The position numbers were made by a program, and so were the translations under genes. The notes beneath the pieces are model-generated. The model was not told the origin of the DNA, made no database searches, and saw only the letters and a list, made by a program, of their open reading frames with translations. 62,060 nt of DNA from Patescibacteria group bacterium (GTDB lineage Bacteria; Patescibacteriota; Microgenomatia; UBA10105; UBA927): assembly GCA_041753515.1 (NCBI GenBank), contig JBGSUE010000056.1, forward strand, positions 1-62,060. Direction: 5' to 3'. Below are positions 1 to 12,755 of this stretch, in pieces (positions within the stretch are counted from its first letter, which is position 1; each line of letters opens with the position of its first letter).

Positions 1-139
1 AGGGATATCACGAGCAAACAACTTAACTATGAGACTAACTTTATTGCGGTTTAACCGCATGCAGAACTTGATGGTCATATTTGTCCAGTTTATCGCACTA
101 ATACTTAGATTGTACTAGTGCTTAACTGGGCAAGACCCT
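1..139 (-). mobile_element. Left end of probable IS1595-family (IS1016-like) insertion sequence, truncated by window edge
   Basis: 42-139 is the exact reverse complement of 61963-62060. The end reads (A)GGGTCTTGCCCAGTTAAG and is followed by an outward ORF from ATG at 78 (MTIKFCMRLNRNKVSLIVKLFARDIP...) resembling IS1016-type transposase N-termini. Flank is AT-rich. Confidence 0.65.
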
Positions 140-385
140 AATTTTTTAGAATTCCCATTCTCTTTTCATAATTCATTACAGAAAAATTCACTGCTTACTT
201 GGTGTGGTGATTTCGTGATGACCACATCTAGGTTAGCCCTCTCAAAAAGCCGTCCTGGGGCATCTGAGAGGCTCAGATTTAGCCTTGATATTTACAATGC
301 ATATGTCAAAGTCGGCTCGACCAAAATCCGATTATCATACGATCAAAAAAGAAGGATAGTAAGGCATATATATAGGATCGAGTGA
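140..385 (+). pseudogene. Possible 3' remnant of a gene interrupted by the IS
   Basis: 81-codon stop-free frame (NFLEFPFSFHNSLQKNSLLTWCGDFVMTTSRL...RHIYRIE*) starting exactly at the IS boundary, with no start codon there. Confidence 0.35.
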
Positions 386-484
386 ATTGTATTGAATGAT
401 CACATGCAAAATAGATAGTTTCGTACGAATGAACGATACATTTACATTGTTGACATTTCTTATGTAGTCGCACAATAATTAGAT

Positions 485-1471
485 ATGAGCAGAAATTTAC
501 CTGATCTTGTCCGTCAATTTTTGGAATATCTTGAAATTGAGCGCAATGTGTCGAAACTGACCGTACGCAATTACGGTCATTACCTCAATAGATTATTGGT
601 GTTTTTAGCCACCTCTGCCCTGCCGGACCACACACAATCCGATGCGGAAAATGTGCAAAAAAAGACTGACGCACTGACTGTTGCCGATGTAACTGCCGAT
701 GCCATTCACGCATTCCGATTGGCACTATCCCGATTTGTGGATGAGCATGGGATCTCTCTCAAACGAGTGACCCAGAATTACCACCTGATAGCGCTCAGGT
801 CATTTCTCAAATTTTGTCTCAAACGTGATATTCCCGTCATAGCACCTGAAAAAATCGACCTGCCAAAAGCTGATTCGCACTCAATTAAGTTTTTGGAACG
901 CGAACAGATTGATCGGCTTTTGAATATGCCGGACGTATCCCGTGATGATGGACTGCGGGATAAAGCAATACTTGAGGTCCTGTTTTCAACTGGCCTTCGG
1001 GTGTCCGAACTTGTGTCGCTCAACCGTGATCAGATAAATATGGAGCGCCGGGAATTTGGTGTGATCGGCAAAGGCAGGAGACCAAGGGTTGTATTTTTAT
1101 CCGAAGGATCGACTGATTGGCTCAAGAGGTATCTCGCAAAACGTGATGACCAGTCGCCGGCACTATTTATACGATACGGAGGAAAAAAGCCGGATCCTGA
1201 GGATAAAAAATCGTTGGAAATGCGATTAACCGCCAGAAGCGTCCAGCGGCTTGTGGAAAAATACGTGAAGAAAGCGCGTCTTCCCATAAAAATTACACCG
1301 CACGGACTCCGTCACAGTTTTGCTACGGATTTGCTTTCGGGTGGAGCTGATCTTCGTGCCATCCAGGAAATGCTCGGACATAAAAACGTATCGACGACAC
1401 AGATTTACACGCATATTACCAATCCCCAGCTCAAAGACATCCATGAAAAATTCCACCATAAAACAGACTAG
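485..1471 (+). CDS. xerC: XerC/XerD-type tyrosine recombinase
   Basis: N-terminal SAM-like domain (FLEYLEIERNVSKLTVRNY); catalytic motifs GLRVSEL, GKG, HGLRHSFAT, LGH, TTQIYTH. Confidence 0.85.
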   Translation: MSRNLPDLVRQFLEYLEIERNVSKLTVRNYGHYLNRLLVFLATSALPDHTQSDAENVQKKTDALTVADVTADAIHAFRLALSRFVDEHGISLKRVTQNYHLIALRSFLKFCLKRDIPVIAPEKIDLPKADSHSIKFLEREQIDRLLNMPDVSRDDGLRDKAILEVLFSTGLRVSELVSLNRDQINMERREFGVIGKGRRPRVVFLSEGSTDWLKRYLAKRDDQSPALFIRYGGKKPDPEDKKSLEMRLTARSVQRLVEKYVKKARLPIKITPHGLRHSFATDLLSGGADLRAIQEMLGHKNVSTTQIYTHITNPQLKDIHEKFHHKTD

Positions 1472-2744
1472 TCCGATACGGATAACCTATGACAGATTTT
1501 CACCTGAAGATATCGTCCGTATCCGGGCATCATCACATACAGAAGCTGCATACGTATTGGGAAAAACGATGCGTTTGTTTACCGCACAAATCGTACGTAA
1601 ATATGAAAAAAAGTGGCGTCATAAACGTTCGGCTCTAGACGCTGCCAAACATTTTCTGACACGTTTGGATACGCTTTCTCAATCCCGAATCGGCGCCATG
1701 GGCGGAGTGCACTACGTCAAGCGGTACAGGGACATTTTTGACGGGTATGCAAGAGGTGCCGGAATAACCCGGGAAGCATGCATGATGCTTCAGATGGAAA
1801 TTTCCGGCGGCTGTCAGACCCTGTTTGTAAAGAATACAGACGGGGTTTCAGGATTTCATATCGAGGAGAATGCGGCAGACATGGATTTATTTTCCCATCT
1901 TGTAGACAAAAAACCATATGTATATCCGTATAGACTGATAGAGGCAGATATTCAGGAGGAAAGAAAAGTATTCTTTTCATACCCGGGACTCTGTTGGGGA
2001 GGTTCTACATTCGGTTTAGATGTTGGATCAGGAATTTTCAATGCTGTGGATGCGTTTGATCTGGATATTCCATGGAGCGAGAAAAAAACACGTGATGTTA
2101 CCGCCAACGCTGTCGCATCAATACTGTTTGAGGTTACTGATATGCAGAAAGCCGCAACAGTACTTTCTTCATTCAAAAAGAATGCGGTGGCTGTATACGG
2201 CGGATATGCATATCACATGGTTACAGCGGACAATCTGGCCTCTTTCGAATACGGGGCGACAGTCTTTAGGCGTGTGCCACCATACCGTCAAACATATATC
2301 GCGCAGTGCAATATTCCGCGTACATCCGCACTTGTCCGTTTATGTGTGCATAAAGATGCAGGATTCTATTCAAAAAAGAAAAAAACCAGGAAACAGATTA
2401 TGTATACACTTTCATTGAAGCAGCGATGGAAACGGTTAAAAAATGTAGCAATGCAACTGGAAGATCCTGATCAGATTGATGAAATTCTTGCCGGAACGAA
2501 TGCTCCGGTTGAGAGAACATCGTCGGGGCGTTTTGTTTTTGACCGGTATACATCTCCGTGGACGGCTTCGTATGTCACGTTTGCCAGAAATGTTCTTCAT
2601 ATGCATAAATACGGCCCCCTTCATGAAAACGGATATTCATATATTTATCACAGAGAAAATCCGGCACATCGGAAACTCGTCAATAATAATACATGGAAAA
2701 AGGCCGTGAGGAAGTGGCGGCGGGTATACGGGAAACGGTCATGA
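1443..2744 (+). CDS. Ntn-hydrolase, peptidase C45 / acyl-CoA:6-APA acyltransferase-like
   Basis: ATG at 1443 overlaps the xer 3' end. Helical pro-region followed by GG|CQT (candidate autoprocessing Cys nucleophile), HIEE (cf. HNED) and YPG. Confidence 0.55.
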   Translation: MKNSTIKQTSPIRITYDRFSPEDIVRIRASSHTEAAYVLGKTMRLFTAQIVRKYEKKWRHKRSALDAAKHFLTRLDTLSQSRIGAMGGVHYVKRYRDIFDGYARGAGITREACMMLQMEISGGCQTLFVKNTDGVSGFHIEENAADMDLFSHLVDKKPYVYPYRLIEADIQEERKVFFSYPGLCWGGSTFGLDVGSGIFNAVDAFDLDIPWSEKKTRDVTANAVASILFEVTDMQKAATVLSSFKKNAVAVYGGYAYHMVTADNLASFEYGATVFRRVPPYRQTYIAQCNIPRTSALVRLCVHKDAGFYSKKKKTRKQIMYTLSLKQRWKRLKNVAMQLEDPDQIDEILAGTNAPVERTSSGRFVFDRYTSPWTASYVTFARNVLHMHKYGPLHENGYSYIYHRENPAHRKLVNNNTWKKAVRKWRRVYGKRS

Positions 2745-3730
2745 AGATTACAGTTCTTTATTCCAAGCCGACGAAACGGTATAAAACAGGCCGGTTTGCC
2801 GAAGCCGAGGATGACACAAAAGATTCGGCATTGTTCATCGTCACATCACTCCGGCGACTGGGTCATACTGTGTGTACTCATGCAATTGATGCACATTCAA
2901 TACATACGATCAATAAGATTAAAGCAGATCTGATATTTAATTATATCGAATGGACAGGGTGCGATTTGCCTATTGCCCTGAGGGCTATGCAGATACTACA
3001 TGCAACAGGCATACACTATACCGGGGCGACTCCGGAGAATTACCGCGATACGACGGATAAGATTCTGTTAAAAAAACTTCTTGATATGAATAAAATACGG
3101 ACTGCTACATGGCAGGTGTTTTATACCGGCTGTGAGAAAGTCCGACAGGATTTTGAATATCCGTTGTTTTTAAAAGTGGCAACTGAGCATAGCGGTGTCG
3201 GACTAGATGGGGAATCAAAAATTGACAAGCCTGCAGATTTTTACAAGAGGATCCGGAAAAAAATACATGCATTCAAACAGCCTGTGATTGTGGAAGAATA
3301 TCTCCCTGGTGAGGAATTTGAAGTGGGCATGATAGATACTGATGGCGGCCTGGAGGTATTTCCGCCAGCATCTAATGAATATGCGCCGGATTCTCCTATA
3401 CCGTTTCTCACATACAACGGACGGTGGGCAAAACATTCGGAAAAATATGTACGCTACCGTGTCGCGGTGAGAACGCTCGAACCGGTCCTGAAAAGGAAAA
3501 TTACCGCAGTATGCCGAAAAACATTTCTCCGACTCGGATTCCGGGATTATGCGCGCTTTGATCTACGGCTGGACCGGAATGGCGACCCAGTCATAATTGA
3601 GGCAAATTCCAATCCCGGAATAGATAATACGGATGAAAATGGACTTTCCGCAGGTTTTAAGGCACAAGGATATACGTTTGATGATTTTATCGGGCTGATT
3701 GTCGATTCAGCACACCGGCGCATGCGTTAA
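2741..3730 (+). CDS. D-Ala-D-Ala-ligase-like ATP-grasp enzyme (non-canonical)
   Basis: DK..K, YPLFLK, HSGVG, VEEYLPGEEF, YARFDLRL...IEANSNPG. Lacks the Ddl N-terminal GGxSxEHEVS motif. ATGA overlap with the upstream gene. Confidence 0.8.
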   Translation: MKITVLYSKPTKRYKTGRFAEAEDDTKDSALFIVTSLRRLGHTVCTHAIDAHSIHTINKIKADLIFNYIEWTGCDLPIALRAMQILHATGIHYTGATPENYRDTTDKILLKKLLDMNKIRTATWQVFYTGCEKVRQDFEYPLFLKVATEHSGVGLDGESKIDKPADFYKRIRKKIHAFKQPVIVEEYLPGEEFEVGMIDTDGGLEVFPPASNEYAPDSPIPFLTYNGRWAKHSEKYVRYRVAVRTLEPVLKRKITAVCRKTFLRLGFRDYARFDLRLDRNGDPVIIEANSNPGIDNTDENGLSAGFKAQGYTFDDFIGLIVDSAHRRMR

Positions 3731-4338
3731 ACGGAAGATCTGATATATTTCCAGTTTGGATGTTCTGTGTTATTTTTTTCATACAATACGTACAATGGTC
3801 GGATCAGCCATTTCCTGACCATCGAATGCCCTCCCCGTTTCCCCGGATTACTCCGTTTCACAACGTCATAATCCAGCCACCGCTTCAAAAAATCACTCCA
3901 CCTGTACGAAATTTTTTTACCTTTGTAGCTATCGAAGACGGTAATAGTGTTATGTGTGCCGGACAGGGAAGCAACGACGGCAAAATGCTCGCTGTTTATA
4001 TCGACGACACCGCCCTTGGTATCGTACATATAACTGACGATAGCGACCCGTACACCACTGCGGGGAGTTTTTAAAACGTTGGTGATATGGCGTTTGGTTG
4101 CTTTTTCAAGAAGAACGGCATGTATGTTAAGTTTCTTTATGGCGCGGAGAAAATTGGGAGTCGATGTGCCGTTTCTCGTTGTCTTACAGAGCCGGATAAG
4201 CGCCTGCAGATTAGACCGTTTCCCCATAAGTTTCAGGGCCATTTTCAGGCTTACCGGACCGCATGTATAATCATTGGGCTGTTTGACTGGTTTTGCTCGT
4301 GATCGTGGCATGAGAAGGCAGTATACCCGTTTTTTCAT
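3727..4338 (-). CDS. Stand-alone C39-like (papain-fold) cysteine peptidase
   Basis: Q-x5-CGP (KQPNDYTCGP), GTS, HF (SEHFAVV), VFDS...F..RW pattern; no fused ABC transporter. Confidence 0.75.
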   Translation of the reverse strand: MKKRVYCLLMPRSRAKPVKQPNDYTCGPVSLKMALKLMGKRSNLQALIRLCKTTRNGTSTPNFLRAIKKLNIHAVLLEKATKRHITNVLKTPRSGVRVAIVSYMYDTKGGVVDINSEHFAVVASLSGTHNTITVFDSYKGKKISYRWSDFLKRWLDYDVVKRSNPGKRGGHSMVRKWLIRPLYVLYEKNNTEHPNWKYIRSSV

Positions 4339-4360
4339 CCGTTCTCAAGACCTATAATTA

Positions 4361-5164
4361 CTAATTACGTCGCACATTATTGAGCGACGCAAAGATGATA
4401 TTTTTCATGAGGCATGCAATATTGACCGGTCCTACTCCACCCGGTGTTGGTGTATACCATGAAGCAATATCGGCAATTTCAGCCTCATTATAGTCTCCAT
4501 GAAGTTTTCCGCTGCCGTCACGGTGCATACCGATGGAAATGAGGATGACACCTCTTTTAATACTATCACGTCGCACAATATTTGGCTTCCCTACTGCACT
4601 TATGACAACATCAGCACTGCGCGTGACGCGTTCAGGATCACGGGTGTGCGAATCGATGAGTGTAACCGTATACCCCTGCCGTTGAAAAAAAGCATATATA
4701 GGTTTTCCTGCAGTGACCCCTTTTCCAATGACCGCAATGTGCATGTCTTTATGGAATTGGGTTTGTTTTAAAATTTCTCTTACTGCTTGTACAACTGGAA
4801 CTTGGAAATGTGAACCCGGTACGAAACCGTCGACGTCTTTTTCCGGGGCAACAGTGAGAAGTTCTTGTGGATTACCGATCAAAAATCCGGACGGAACCGG
4901 TTGCTGCAGAATCATGGCATGGATAGAATCGTCTGTGTTTGACTGTCCAATGACCGTATTAATATTTTCAATTGACTGAGGAGTTTCAAATTTTTTGATA
5001 AGTATGTGAATACCAAGCATATCACACGTCTTCTGTTTTTGCCGGATATATGCATTTGAATTAACATCAGACCCAATCTGAATTATCAATAGTTTTGCTG
5101 CAGCGGGCACTTCAGGAAGATGTGAGTAAATTTGATCTGCAAGCGTTCTGCCGTCGATTTTCAT
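4361..5164 (-). CDS. folD: Bifunctional methylene-THF dehydrogenase/cyclohydrolase
   Basis: IDGR, YIRQK, EKDVDG, ADVVISAVG, TPTPGGVGP. Confidence 0.93.
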   Translation of the reverse strand: MKIDGRTLADQIYSHLPEVPAAAKLLIIQIGSDVNSNAYIRQKQKTCDMLGIHILIKKFETPQSIENINTVIGQSNTDDSIHAMILQQPVPSGFLIGNPQELLTVAPEKDVDGFVPGSHFQVPVVQAVREILKQTQFHKDMHIAVIGKGVTAGKPIYAFFQRQGYTVTLIDSHTRDPERVTRSADVVISAVGKPNIVRRDSIKRGVILISIGMHRDGSGKLHGDYNEAEIADIASWYTPTPGGVGPVNIACLMKNIIFASLNNVRRN

Positions 5165-5171
5165 TGTACAT

Positions 5172-7667
5172 TTATTTTAAAAGACAGGTGGCGGCGGCTA
5201 TGGTATCCGTTTTATCGGCAAACCGCATGAGAATGACTCCACTTGTCGCCCGTCCGAGTTTCGGGATGGAACCAATAGGAAGTTTCACGACCTGACCTTT
5301 TGTTGATGTCATGACCACGGAATCACAGTCGGCCGGCACAATTTGCGATACCTTCACTTTTCCTGTTTTATCCTTCACTTCTGCTACCTTGACTCCCTGC
5401 CCGCCTCGCCTCTGACGGGGAAAATCTTTGAGGAGTGTTTTTTTGCCGATTCCTTTTTCCATGATGGTCAGGAAATAGTCGTTTCTGTTTTCCTCATTAA
5501 TGACGTCCATGCTGGTAATGTAATCGCCGTTTTTGAGAAGAATACCCCGCACACCCATCGTATCGCGGGCAGTAGCGCGTACTTCAACTTCCCCAAACCG
5601 GATGGATTTTCCGGTATGCGATACCAACAATACATCATTCGTGCCGCTTGTAATCGCAGCGTAGGACAAATGATCGCCCGGTTCCAGTTTTATGGCAACC
5701 AGTCCGCTTCGTCTGATATTTTCATATTCGTTGAGTTTTGATTTCTTTACCGTTCCGTTTTTTGTTGCCATGATGATAAATTTGAGCCCCTGTTCCTTCT
5801 GGTCAATACTGCGTAAAGTATATGTGAGAACTGATGTCACTTTTTCATCCGATTCAATGTTGATGAGATTGACGATTGCTTGCCCTTTGGATTGCCGTGT
5901 CGCCTCGGGGATATCCCAGATCCGCACTTGGTAGACTTTTCCGCGGTCGGTAAAAAACAGCATATTGTCGTGCGTTTTGGCTGAAATGATGCGGTCGATG
6001 CCATCTTCTTCTTTTGTCGCCATTCCGATGACGCCTTTGCCTCCCCTCTCCTGCATTTTAAACGTGCTTTTTGGAAGACGTTTAATGTATCCGGATTGAC
6101 TCATAGTAATGATGGCGTCTTCATTCGGGATCAGCTGTTCATCGGAAAATTCACCGACACGGCTTTTATACACTTTTGTTTTGCGTGCATCTGCATATTT
6201 TTCCTTGAGTTTTATGATTTCATCTTTCACGACTTTCAGAATTTTTTCAGGATGTGCGAGAAGGTCTTCAAGATATGTAATAGTCTCACGCACAAGTGCC
6301 AGCTCGTCTTCGATTTTCTGACGCTCAAGGGCTGCCAGACGCCGCAGCTGCATATCAAGTATTGCTGTCGTTTGGATGTCGGAGAGACCAAAACGGCTCA
6401 TGAGTTTCTTTTTCGCCTCATCAGCATCAGCACTTTTTTTAATGATTGAAATGACTTCATCTATATGATCAGAGGCAATTTTCAAGCCTTCCAGGATATG
6501 TTCCCGTGCTTGTGCCTCTTTCAGTTCATATTCGCTGCGTTTGCGGATGACATCGTGACGGTGTTTGATGTATTCTTCGAGTATTGTTTTGAGTGTTACC
6601 GTTTGTGGTGTATCGTCGACAAGTGCAACCATGTTGACCGGAAATGTTGTCTGCAGTTGCGTTTGTTTGAAAAGGTTGTTGAGGACCTGTTTGGGGCGTG
6701 CATCACGTTTCAGTTCAACGACGACACGTATACCCCGTCTGTCCGATTCATCCCGCAAGTCGCTGATTCCATCGAGTTTCTTTTCCTTGACAAGGTCCGC
6801 GATTTTTGCAACAAGCTGGGCTTTGTTAACCTGATACGGCAATTCGGAAATGGCAATCATGGATTTACCCATACCCATTTCCTCAATTTCAGCTTTTCCC
6901 CTCATAACGATTTTGCCCCGACCGGTTGCGTAAGCGCTGCGGATTTCGGAAATATCGTAAATAGCACCTCCTGTGGGAAAATCCGGTCCCTGGACAAACT
7001 GCATAAGATCTTCTACCGAGACATCGAAGATAAATTCTGCACGAGACGTATCCTTTGAAGAAGTGATTTTTGATTTTTCAATCACATGAATAATTGCATC
7101 CGCTACCTCTCCAAGATTATGCGGAGGAATTTTTGTTGCCATACCTACGGCAATGCCTTCCGAACCCATGAGAAGGAGGTTGGGCAGTTTCGCAGGCAGA
7201 ACTGTAGGTTCATCGATTGTGCCATCGAAATTCGGGATAAATTTTACCGTTTCCTTTTCAATATCAAAAAGCATTTCAGATGAGATTGCGCTCATGCGGC
7301 ATTCCGTATACCGCATGGCAGCTGGCGGGTCGCCGTCGACTGATCCGAAATTTCCCTGTCCGTCCACCAGCATATACCTCATGGAAAAATTTTGAGCAAG
7401 ACGGACAAGTGCGTCATATACTGAAGAATCTCCATGCGGATGAAATTTCCCTAAAACTTCTCCGACGACTGTTGCACTCTTTTTATATTTGGACGTATGG
7501 GTCATTCCCACTTTATGCATTGCATACAGAATTCGTCTGTGGACAGGTTTTAAACCGTCACGCACGTCAGGAAGCGCGCGAGACACGATGACGCTCATTG
7601 CATAATCCAGGTAGGATTTTTGCATTTCAGATACGATTTCTGAATTGATGACTTTTCCGATGTCCAT
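5172..7667 (-). CDS. gyrA: DNA gyrase subunit A
   Basis: [40 protein letters not shown], GyrA-box QERGGKG. Confidence 0.97.
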   Translation of the reverse strand: MDIGKVINSEIVSEMQKSYLDYAMSVIVSRALPDVRDGLKPVHRRILYAMHKVGMTHTSKYKKSATVVGEVLGKFHPHGDSSVYDALVRLAQNFSMRYMLVDGQGNFGSVDGDPPAAMRYTECRMSAISSEMLFDIEKETVKFIPNFDGTIDEPTVLPAKLPNLLLMGSEGIAVGMATKIPPHNLGEVADAIIHVIEKSKITSSKDTSRAEFIFDVSVEDLMQFVQGPDFPTGGAIYDISEIRSAYATGRGKIVMRGKAEIEEMGMGKSMIAISELPYQVNKAQLVAKIADLVKEKKLDGISDLRDESDRRGIRVVVELKRDARPKQVLNNLFKQTQLQTTFPVNMVALVDDTPQTVTLKTILEEYIKHRHDVIRKRSEYELKEAQAREHILEGLKIASDHIDEVISIIKKSADADEAKKKLMSRFGLSDIQTTAILDMQLRRLAALERQKIEDELALVRETITYLEDLLAHPEKILKVVKDEIIKLKEKYADARKTKVYKSRVGEFSDEQLIPNEDAIITMSQSGYIKRLPKSTFKMQERGGKGVIGMATKEEDGIDRIISAKTHDNMLFFTDRGKVYQVRIWDIPEATRQSKGQAIVNLINIESDEKVTSVLTYTLRSIDQKEQGLKFIIMATKNGTVKKSKLNEYENIRRSGLVAIKLEPGDHLSYAAITSGTNDVLLVSHTGKSIRFGEVEVRATARDTMGVRGILLKNGDYITSMDVINEENRNDYFLTIMEKGIGKKTLLKDFPRQRRGGQGVKVAEVKDKTGKVKVSQIVPADCDSVVMTSTKGQVVKLPIGSIPKLGRATSGVILMRFADKTDTIAAATCLLK

Positions 7668-7678
7668 ATTTATAATAT

Positions 7679-7775
7679 TGTCATCGCGAGCGAGTCCGCG
7701 AGCGTGGCGATCCCGTCGGGGATTCCTGCCTGCCGGCAGGCAGGGCTTCGCCGTCGGAACGGCCTCGCAATGACA
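7679..7775. repeat. REP-like palindrome doublet, family A (TGTCATyGCGAG...CTCGCrATGACA), with a nested 20-bp palindrome at 7725-7744
   Basis: Left arm matches the reverse complement of 25919-25954 at 34/36 bp; contains CCTGCCTGCCGGCAGGCAGG. Confidence 0.85.
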
Positions 7776-7776
7776 G

Positions 7777-8280
7777 TTATTTCATTCCATTCTTAATTTC
7801 CTCAAAAGCTGCTTTTTTTCCTTTCCACTCTTTCAGTTTTACCCATTTTCCTGGTTCCAGTTCTTTATAATGTTCAAAAAAATGTTTAATTTTATCTTTT
7901 GTCGCCTTTGGAATATCTCCCACATCGTTCCAGACTCCGAAAAGCGGATCGGATTTTTCCGGTGGGACGGCCACGACTTTTGCATCCATTCCTGCTTCAT
8001 CCTCCATTTCCAGAAGTCCGATCGGTTTGACATTTACCAGTATCCCCGGATGAAGCGGCTGGCTGCACAGAACCATTACGTCAACCGGATCACCGTCACC
8101 GGATTTCGTTCCCGGAACGAATCCGTAATTAGCCGGATAGCCCATTGTGGTGCGGACAAACCGGTCCACCGCTATGACTCCGGCTTCCTTATCCATTTCA
8201 TATTTCACCATGCACCCTTGCGGAATTTCGATAATAACATTGACATCCTCAGGCGGATTTTTTCCTGGTTTTATATTCAT
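7777..8280 (-). CDS. ppa: Family I inorganic pyrophosphatase
   Basis: [37 protein letters not shown]; AAGGAGGT SD. Confidence 0.95.
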   Translation of the reverse strand: MNIKPGKNPPEDVNVIIEIPQGCMVKYEMDKEAGVIAVDRFVRTTMGYPANYGFVPGTKSGDGDPVDVMVLCSQPLHPGILVNVKPIGLLEMEDEAGMDAKVVAVPPEKSDPLFGVWNDVGDIPKATKDKIKHFFEHYKELEPGKWVKLKEWKGKKAAFEEIKNGMK

Positions 8281-8296
8281 AGTACCTCCTTATCTT

Positions 8297-8361
8297 GTCA
8301 TGCTGAACTTGTTTCAGCATCACGTTAATACAAACTAGATCCCGAAACAAGTTCGGGATGA

Positions 8362-8362
<1 letters not shown>
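8297..8362. repeat. REP-like palindrome doublet, family B (GTCATsCyGAA-n4-TTTCrGsATC), empty copy
   Basis: GTCATGCTGAACTTGTTTCAGCATC, 16-nt spacer, then GATCCCGAAACAAGTTCGGGATGAC, directly after the gyrB stop. Confidence 0.88.
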
Positions 8363-10320
<1,958 letters not shown>

Positions 10321-10343
10321 TTATATTTCCATTGTACAAAGTA

Positions 10344-10985
10344 TCACGACTGTTGTCCAGACGTGGAGAGCCACAACGAGTCCAGTGTTGATTTTGGATT
10401 GACGTGGCTTTCTGCATATGTGTGAGCTGTCAGGCATGCGCGGTATAGAAATGAATCTTTCTGTGTCCGTATGTGTAAAGAGATATGGGTAAGGAGTGAC
10501 AGTATGATATCCTCGGGTTTGTGCCCGTTTTTGATGAGAGAGTCAACACACCGGAGCCATTCTCCGGCGTTTCGAACATTTTTGTACATCTCATAGAAAT
10601 CGGCGGTTTGTTGTGCGTCATGATCAGCACCCAGTGAGACACGATGACAGCGGGATATGATTGTAGGAAGGAGCGCATCCGGTGTTGATGATTCTATGAG
10701 TATTTTTACAGAGCGCGGAGGTTCTTCCAAAGTTTTAAGGAGTGCGTTTTGTGCCTCTATTGTCATCGAATCTGCGGCACGGATGACAAGCACAGAGACA
10801 TCCGATGCAATGGGTTTTAATACCAGTTGAGGGATTATTTTTCGAATGGTATCAATGCCGATTGAAAGTGGATCCGGAGATATGGTGTGGATATCCGATG
10901 TATGGACTGCCCAGCTTTTGACAGACTCAGCGATGTATGTGTCGCGCGTGTCCTTTGAACCGCCGGTTATGAGAAATGCATGCAT
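10344..10985 (-). CDS. holB: DNA polymerase III delta' subunit-like (short)
   Basis: HAFLITG, IGIDTIR, AQNALLKTLEEPP, LLPTIISRC; Walker A degenerate. Confidence 0.8.
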   Translation of the reverse strand: MHAFLITGGSKDTRDTYIAESVKSWAVHTSDIHTISPDPLSIGIDTIRKIIPQLVLKPIASDVSVLVIRAADSMTIEAQNALLKTLEEPPRSVKILIESSTPDALLPTIISRCHRVSLGADHDAQQTADFYEMYKNVRNAGEWLRCVDSLIKNGHKPEDIILSLLTHISLHIRTQKDSFLYRACLTAHTYAESHVNPKSTLDSLWLSTSGQQS

Positions 10986-11024
10986 ACCCTTGCATTATAC
11001 ACGGCAAATCTTCATAATAGAATT
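10986..11024. promoter_or_regulatory. Overlapping divergent sigma70-type promoters for leaderless pilB and holB
   Basis: + strand TTGCAT(10990)-17 bp-CATAAT(11013) then 6 nt to ATG 11025; - strand TATAAT 8 nt before the holB ATG. Confidence 0.6.
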
Positions 11025-12746
11025 ATGCCAGGAACTGCCCAGGAAATTCTTTCAATTCTTGTTGCCAAAAATAAAATTTCAAAGGAAAAAGCCGAAGAAA
11101 TTAAGACACTTTCTTTGAATGCGAATGAATCCATTGAAAGCATTATCAAAAAAAAGCATCTCGTTTTGGATACCGATTATGCCCAGGCGCGGGCTGCTTC
11201 CCTCAATATTCCGTTTGTGACACTTGCAGATAAAGCGATTTCGCCCGACGTCGTCAATTATATTCCCGAACCTGTTGCCCGCCGGTATATTCTTGTCCCC
11301 TACCGGTTTGATTCAAAAACCAATGAGCTGTATGTGGCAATGGAAGATCCGCTTGATTTTCAGGTGATTGAATTTCTTGAAAAAAAATCGGGAAAAACAA
11401 TCAAACCCGTTATGGCCATGAAGGATGATATTTCAAGCGCTATTGAATCAACATATACCCAGAATCTCGGTGCTGATGTTTCTGAAGCACTGAAGGAAAC
11501 AGTAGAAGGCGATGTAAAAACATATGAGGCTGGAAAGCTTGGCGAGGTGATCCGGGAGGCTCCGATTGCCCAGATCGTATCGGCAACGCTTGAGCAAGCC
11601 ATGAAGCTGCGTGCTAGCGACATTCATATTGAACCCCAGGGAGGCGATACACGAGTCAGATACAGGGTAGACGGAATTTTACAGGAACGGCTGACACTTC
11701 CCCGCAGACTTCATGAAGCAGTCATTTCCAGGATTAAGATTTTGGGCGATATGAAAATCGATGAAAAACGAATACCTCAGGACGGACGGTTTAATTTCAA
11801 AATGGGTGAGAATGAAGTTGATCTGCGTGTGTCTACGCTTCCCACAGTTCACGGTGAAAAAGTCGTGATGCGGTTACTCAAAAAATCCGGCGGAATTCCC
11901 ACCATGCCGGAATTGGGATTGAGGGGTCTTGCTCTTAAAATTCTTGAGACAGCGATGACGCGGCCGCACGGCATTATTCTGGTAACCGGGCCGACCGGTT
12001 CCGGAAAAACGACGTCACTGTATGCAGTATTAGCCCGTCTGAATAATTCGCGCGTGAATATTTCCACACTTGAAGATCCTGTCGAATATCAGATTGCGGG
12101 TATCAATCAGGTACAGATCAATCCGGCTGCCGGCCTTTCGTTTGCCAACGGTCTGCGATCATTTCTGCGTCAGGACCCCAATATTATCCTTGTTGGAGAA
12201 ATTCGGGACGGTGAGACGACAGGTTTGGCTGTTCAGGCAGCATTAACGGGGCATTTAGTTTTTTCAACACTTCATACGAACAATGCATCCGGCGCCATTC
12301 CCCGTCTTATCGATTTGGGAGCAGAACCATTTCTCATCGCAAGTGCGCTCAATGCAGTCGTGGGGCAGCGTATCTGCCGGAAAGTGTGTCCGCAGTGCAA
12401 AATTGAGTATGACCCGGAGGAGCCGGTAAAAGAGGATTTGCGCACAGTTCTTGGCGATCTAATTCCTCAAGATAAGCTTCTCAAATTATATAAAGGAACT
12501 GGCAAGCTTCAGGATCAAGCATGTCCAACATGCTCCGGAACTGGATATTTGGGTAGGATTGGAATATTTGAAGTATTCTCGATTACTGCGGAAATGAGTA
12601 AACTGATATTAAATCATGCCACCGGCAAGCAAATCGAAGATCTGGCGCGGAAGGAAGGCATGATCAGTATGAAGCAGGACGGATATCTGAAATCCCTGGA
12701 AGGGATTACGTCAATTGAGGAAGTACTGCGCGTCGCGCAGGATTAA
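11025..12746 (+). CDS. pilB: Type IV pilus assembly ATPase
   Basis: ASDIHIEP, PQDGR, GPTGSGKTT, LEDPVE, LRQDPN, TGHLVFSTLH, CxxC...CxxC. Confidence 0.93.
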   Translation: MPGTAQEILSILVAKNKISKEKAEEIKTLSLNANESIESIIKKKHLVLDTDYAQARAASLNIPFVTLADKAISPDVVNYIPEPVARRYILVPYRFDSKTNELYVAMEDPLDFQVIEFLEKKSGKTIKPVMAMKDDISSAIESTYTQNLGADVSEALKETVEGDVKTYEAGKLGEVIREAPIAQIVSATLEQAMKLRASDIHIEPQGGDTRVRYRVDGILQERLTLPRRLHEAVISRIKILGDMKIDEKRIPQDGRFNFKMGENEVDLRVSTLPTVHGEKVVMRLLKKSGGIPTMPELGLRGLALKILETAMTRPHGIILVTGPTGSGKTTSLYAVLARLNNSRVNISTLEDPVEYQIAGINQVQINPAAGLSFANGLRSFLRQDPNIILVGEIRDGETTGLAVQAALTGHLVFSTLHTNNASGAIPRLIDLGAEPFLIASALNAVVGQRICRKVCPQCKIEYDPEEPVKEDLRTVLGDLIPQDKLLKLYKGTGKLQDQACPTCSGTGYLGRIGIFEVFSITAEMSKLILNHATGKQIEDLARKEGMISMKQDGYLKSLEGITSIEEVLRVAQD

Positions 12747-12755
12747 AGGAGGACT

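Noticed and set aside
485-1471. xer gene as a prophage/ICE integrase or as the invertase for the terminal inverted repeats
   Set aside because: It looks like housekeeping XerC/D, the window is full of core genes with no phage or conjugation genes, and the repeats contain a transposase-like start rather than dif-like sites.
3727-4338. Classical bacteriocin/graspetide RiPP cluster
   Set aside because: No ABC transporter or double-glycine/repetitive precursor was found, and the ATP-grasp is Ddl-like rather than RimK/MvdC-like.
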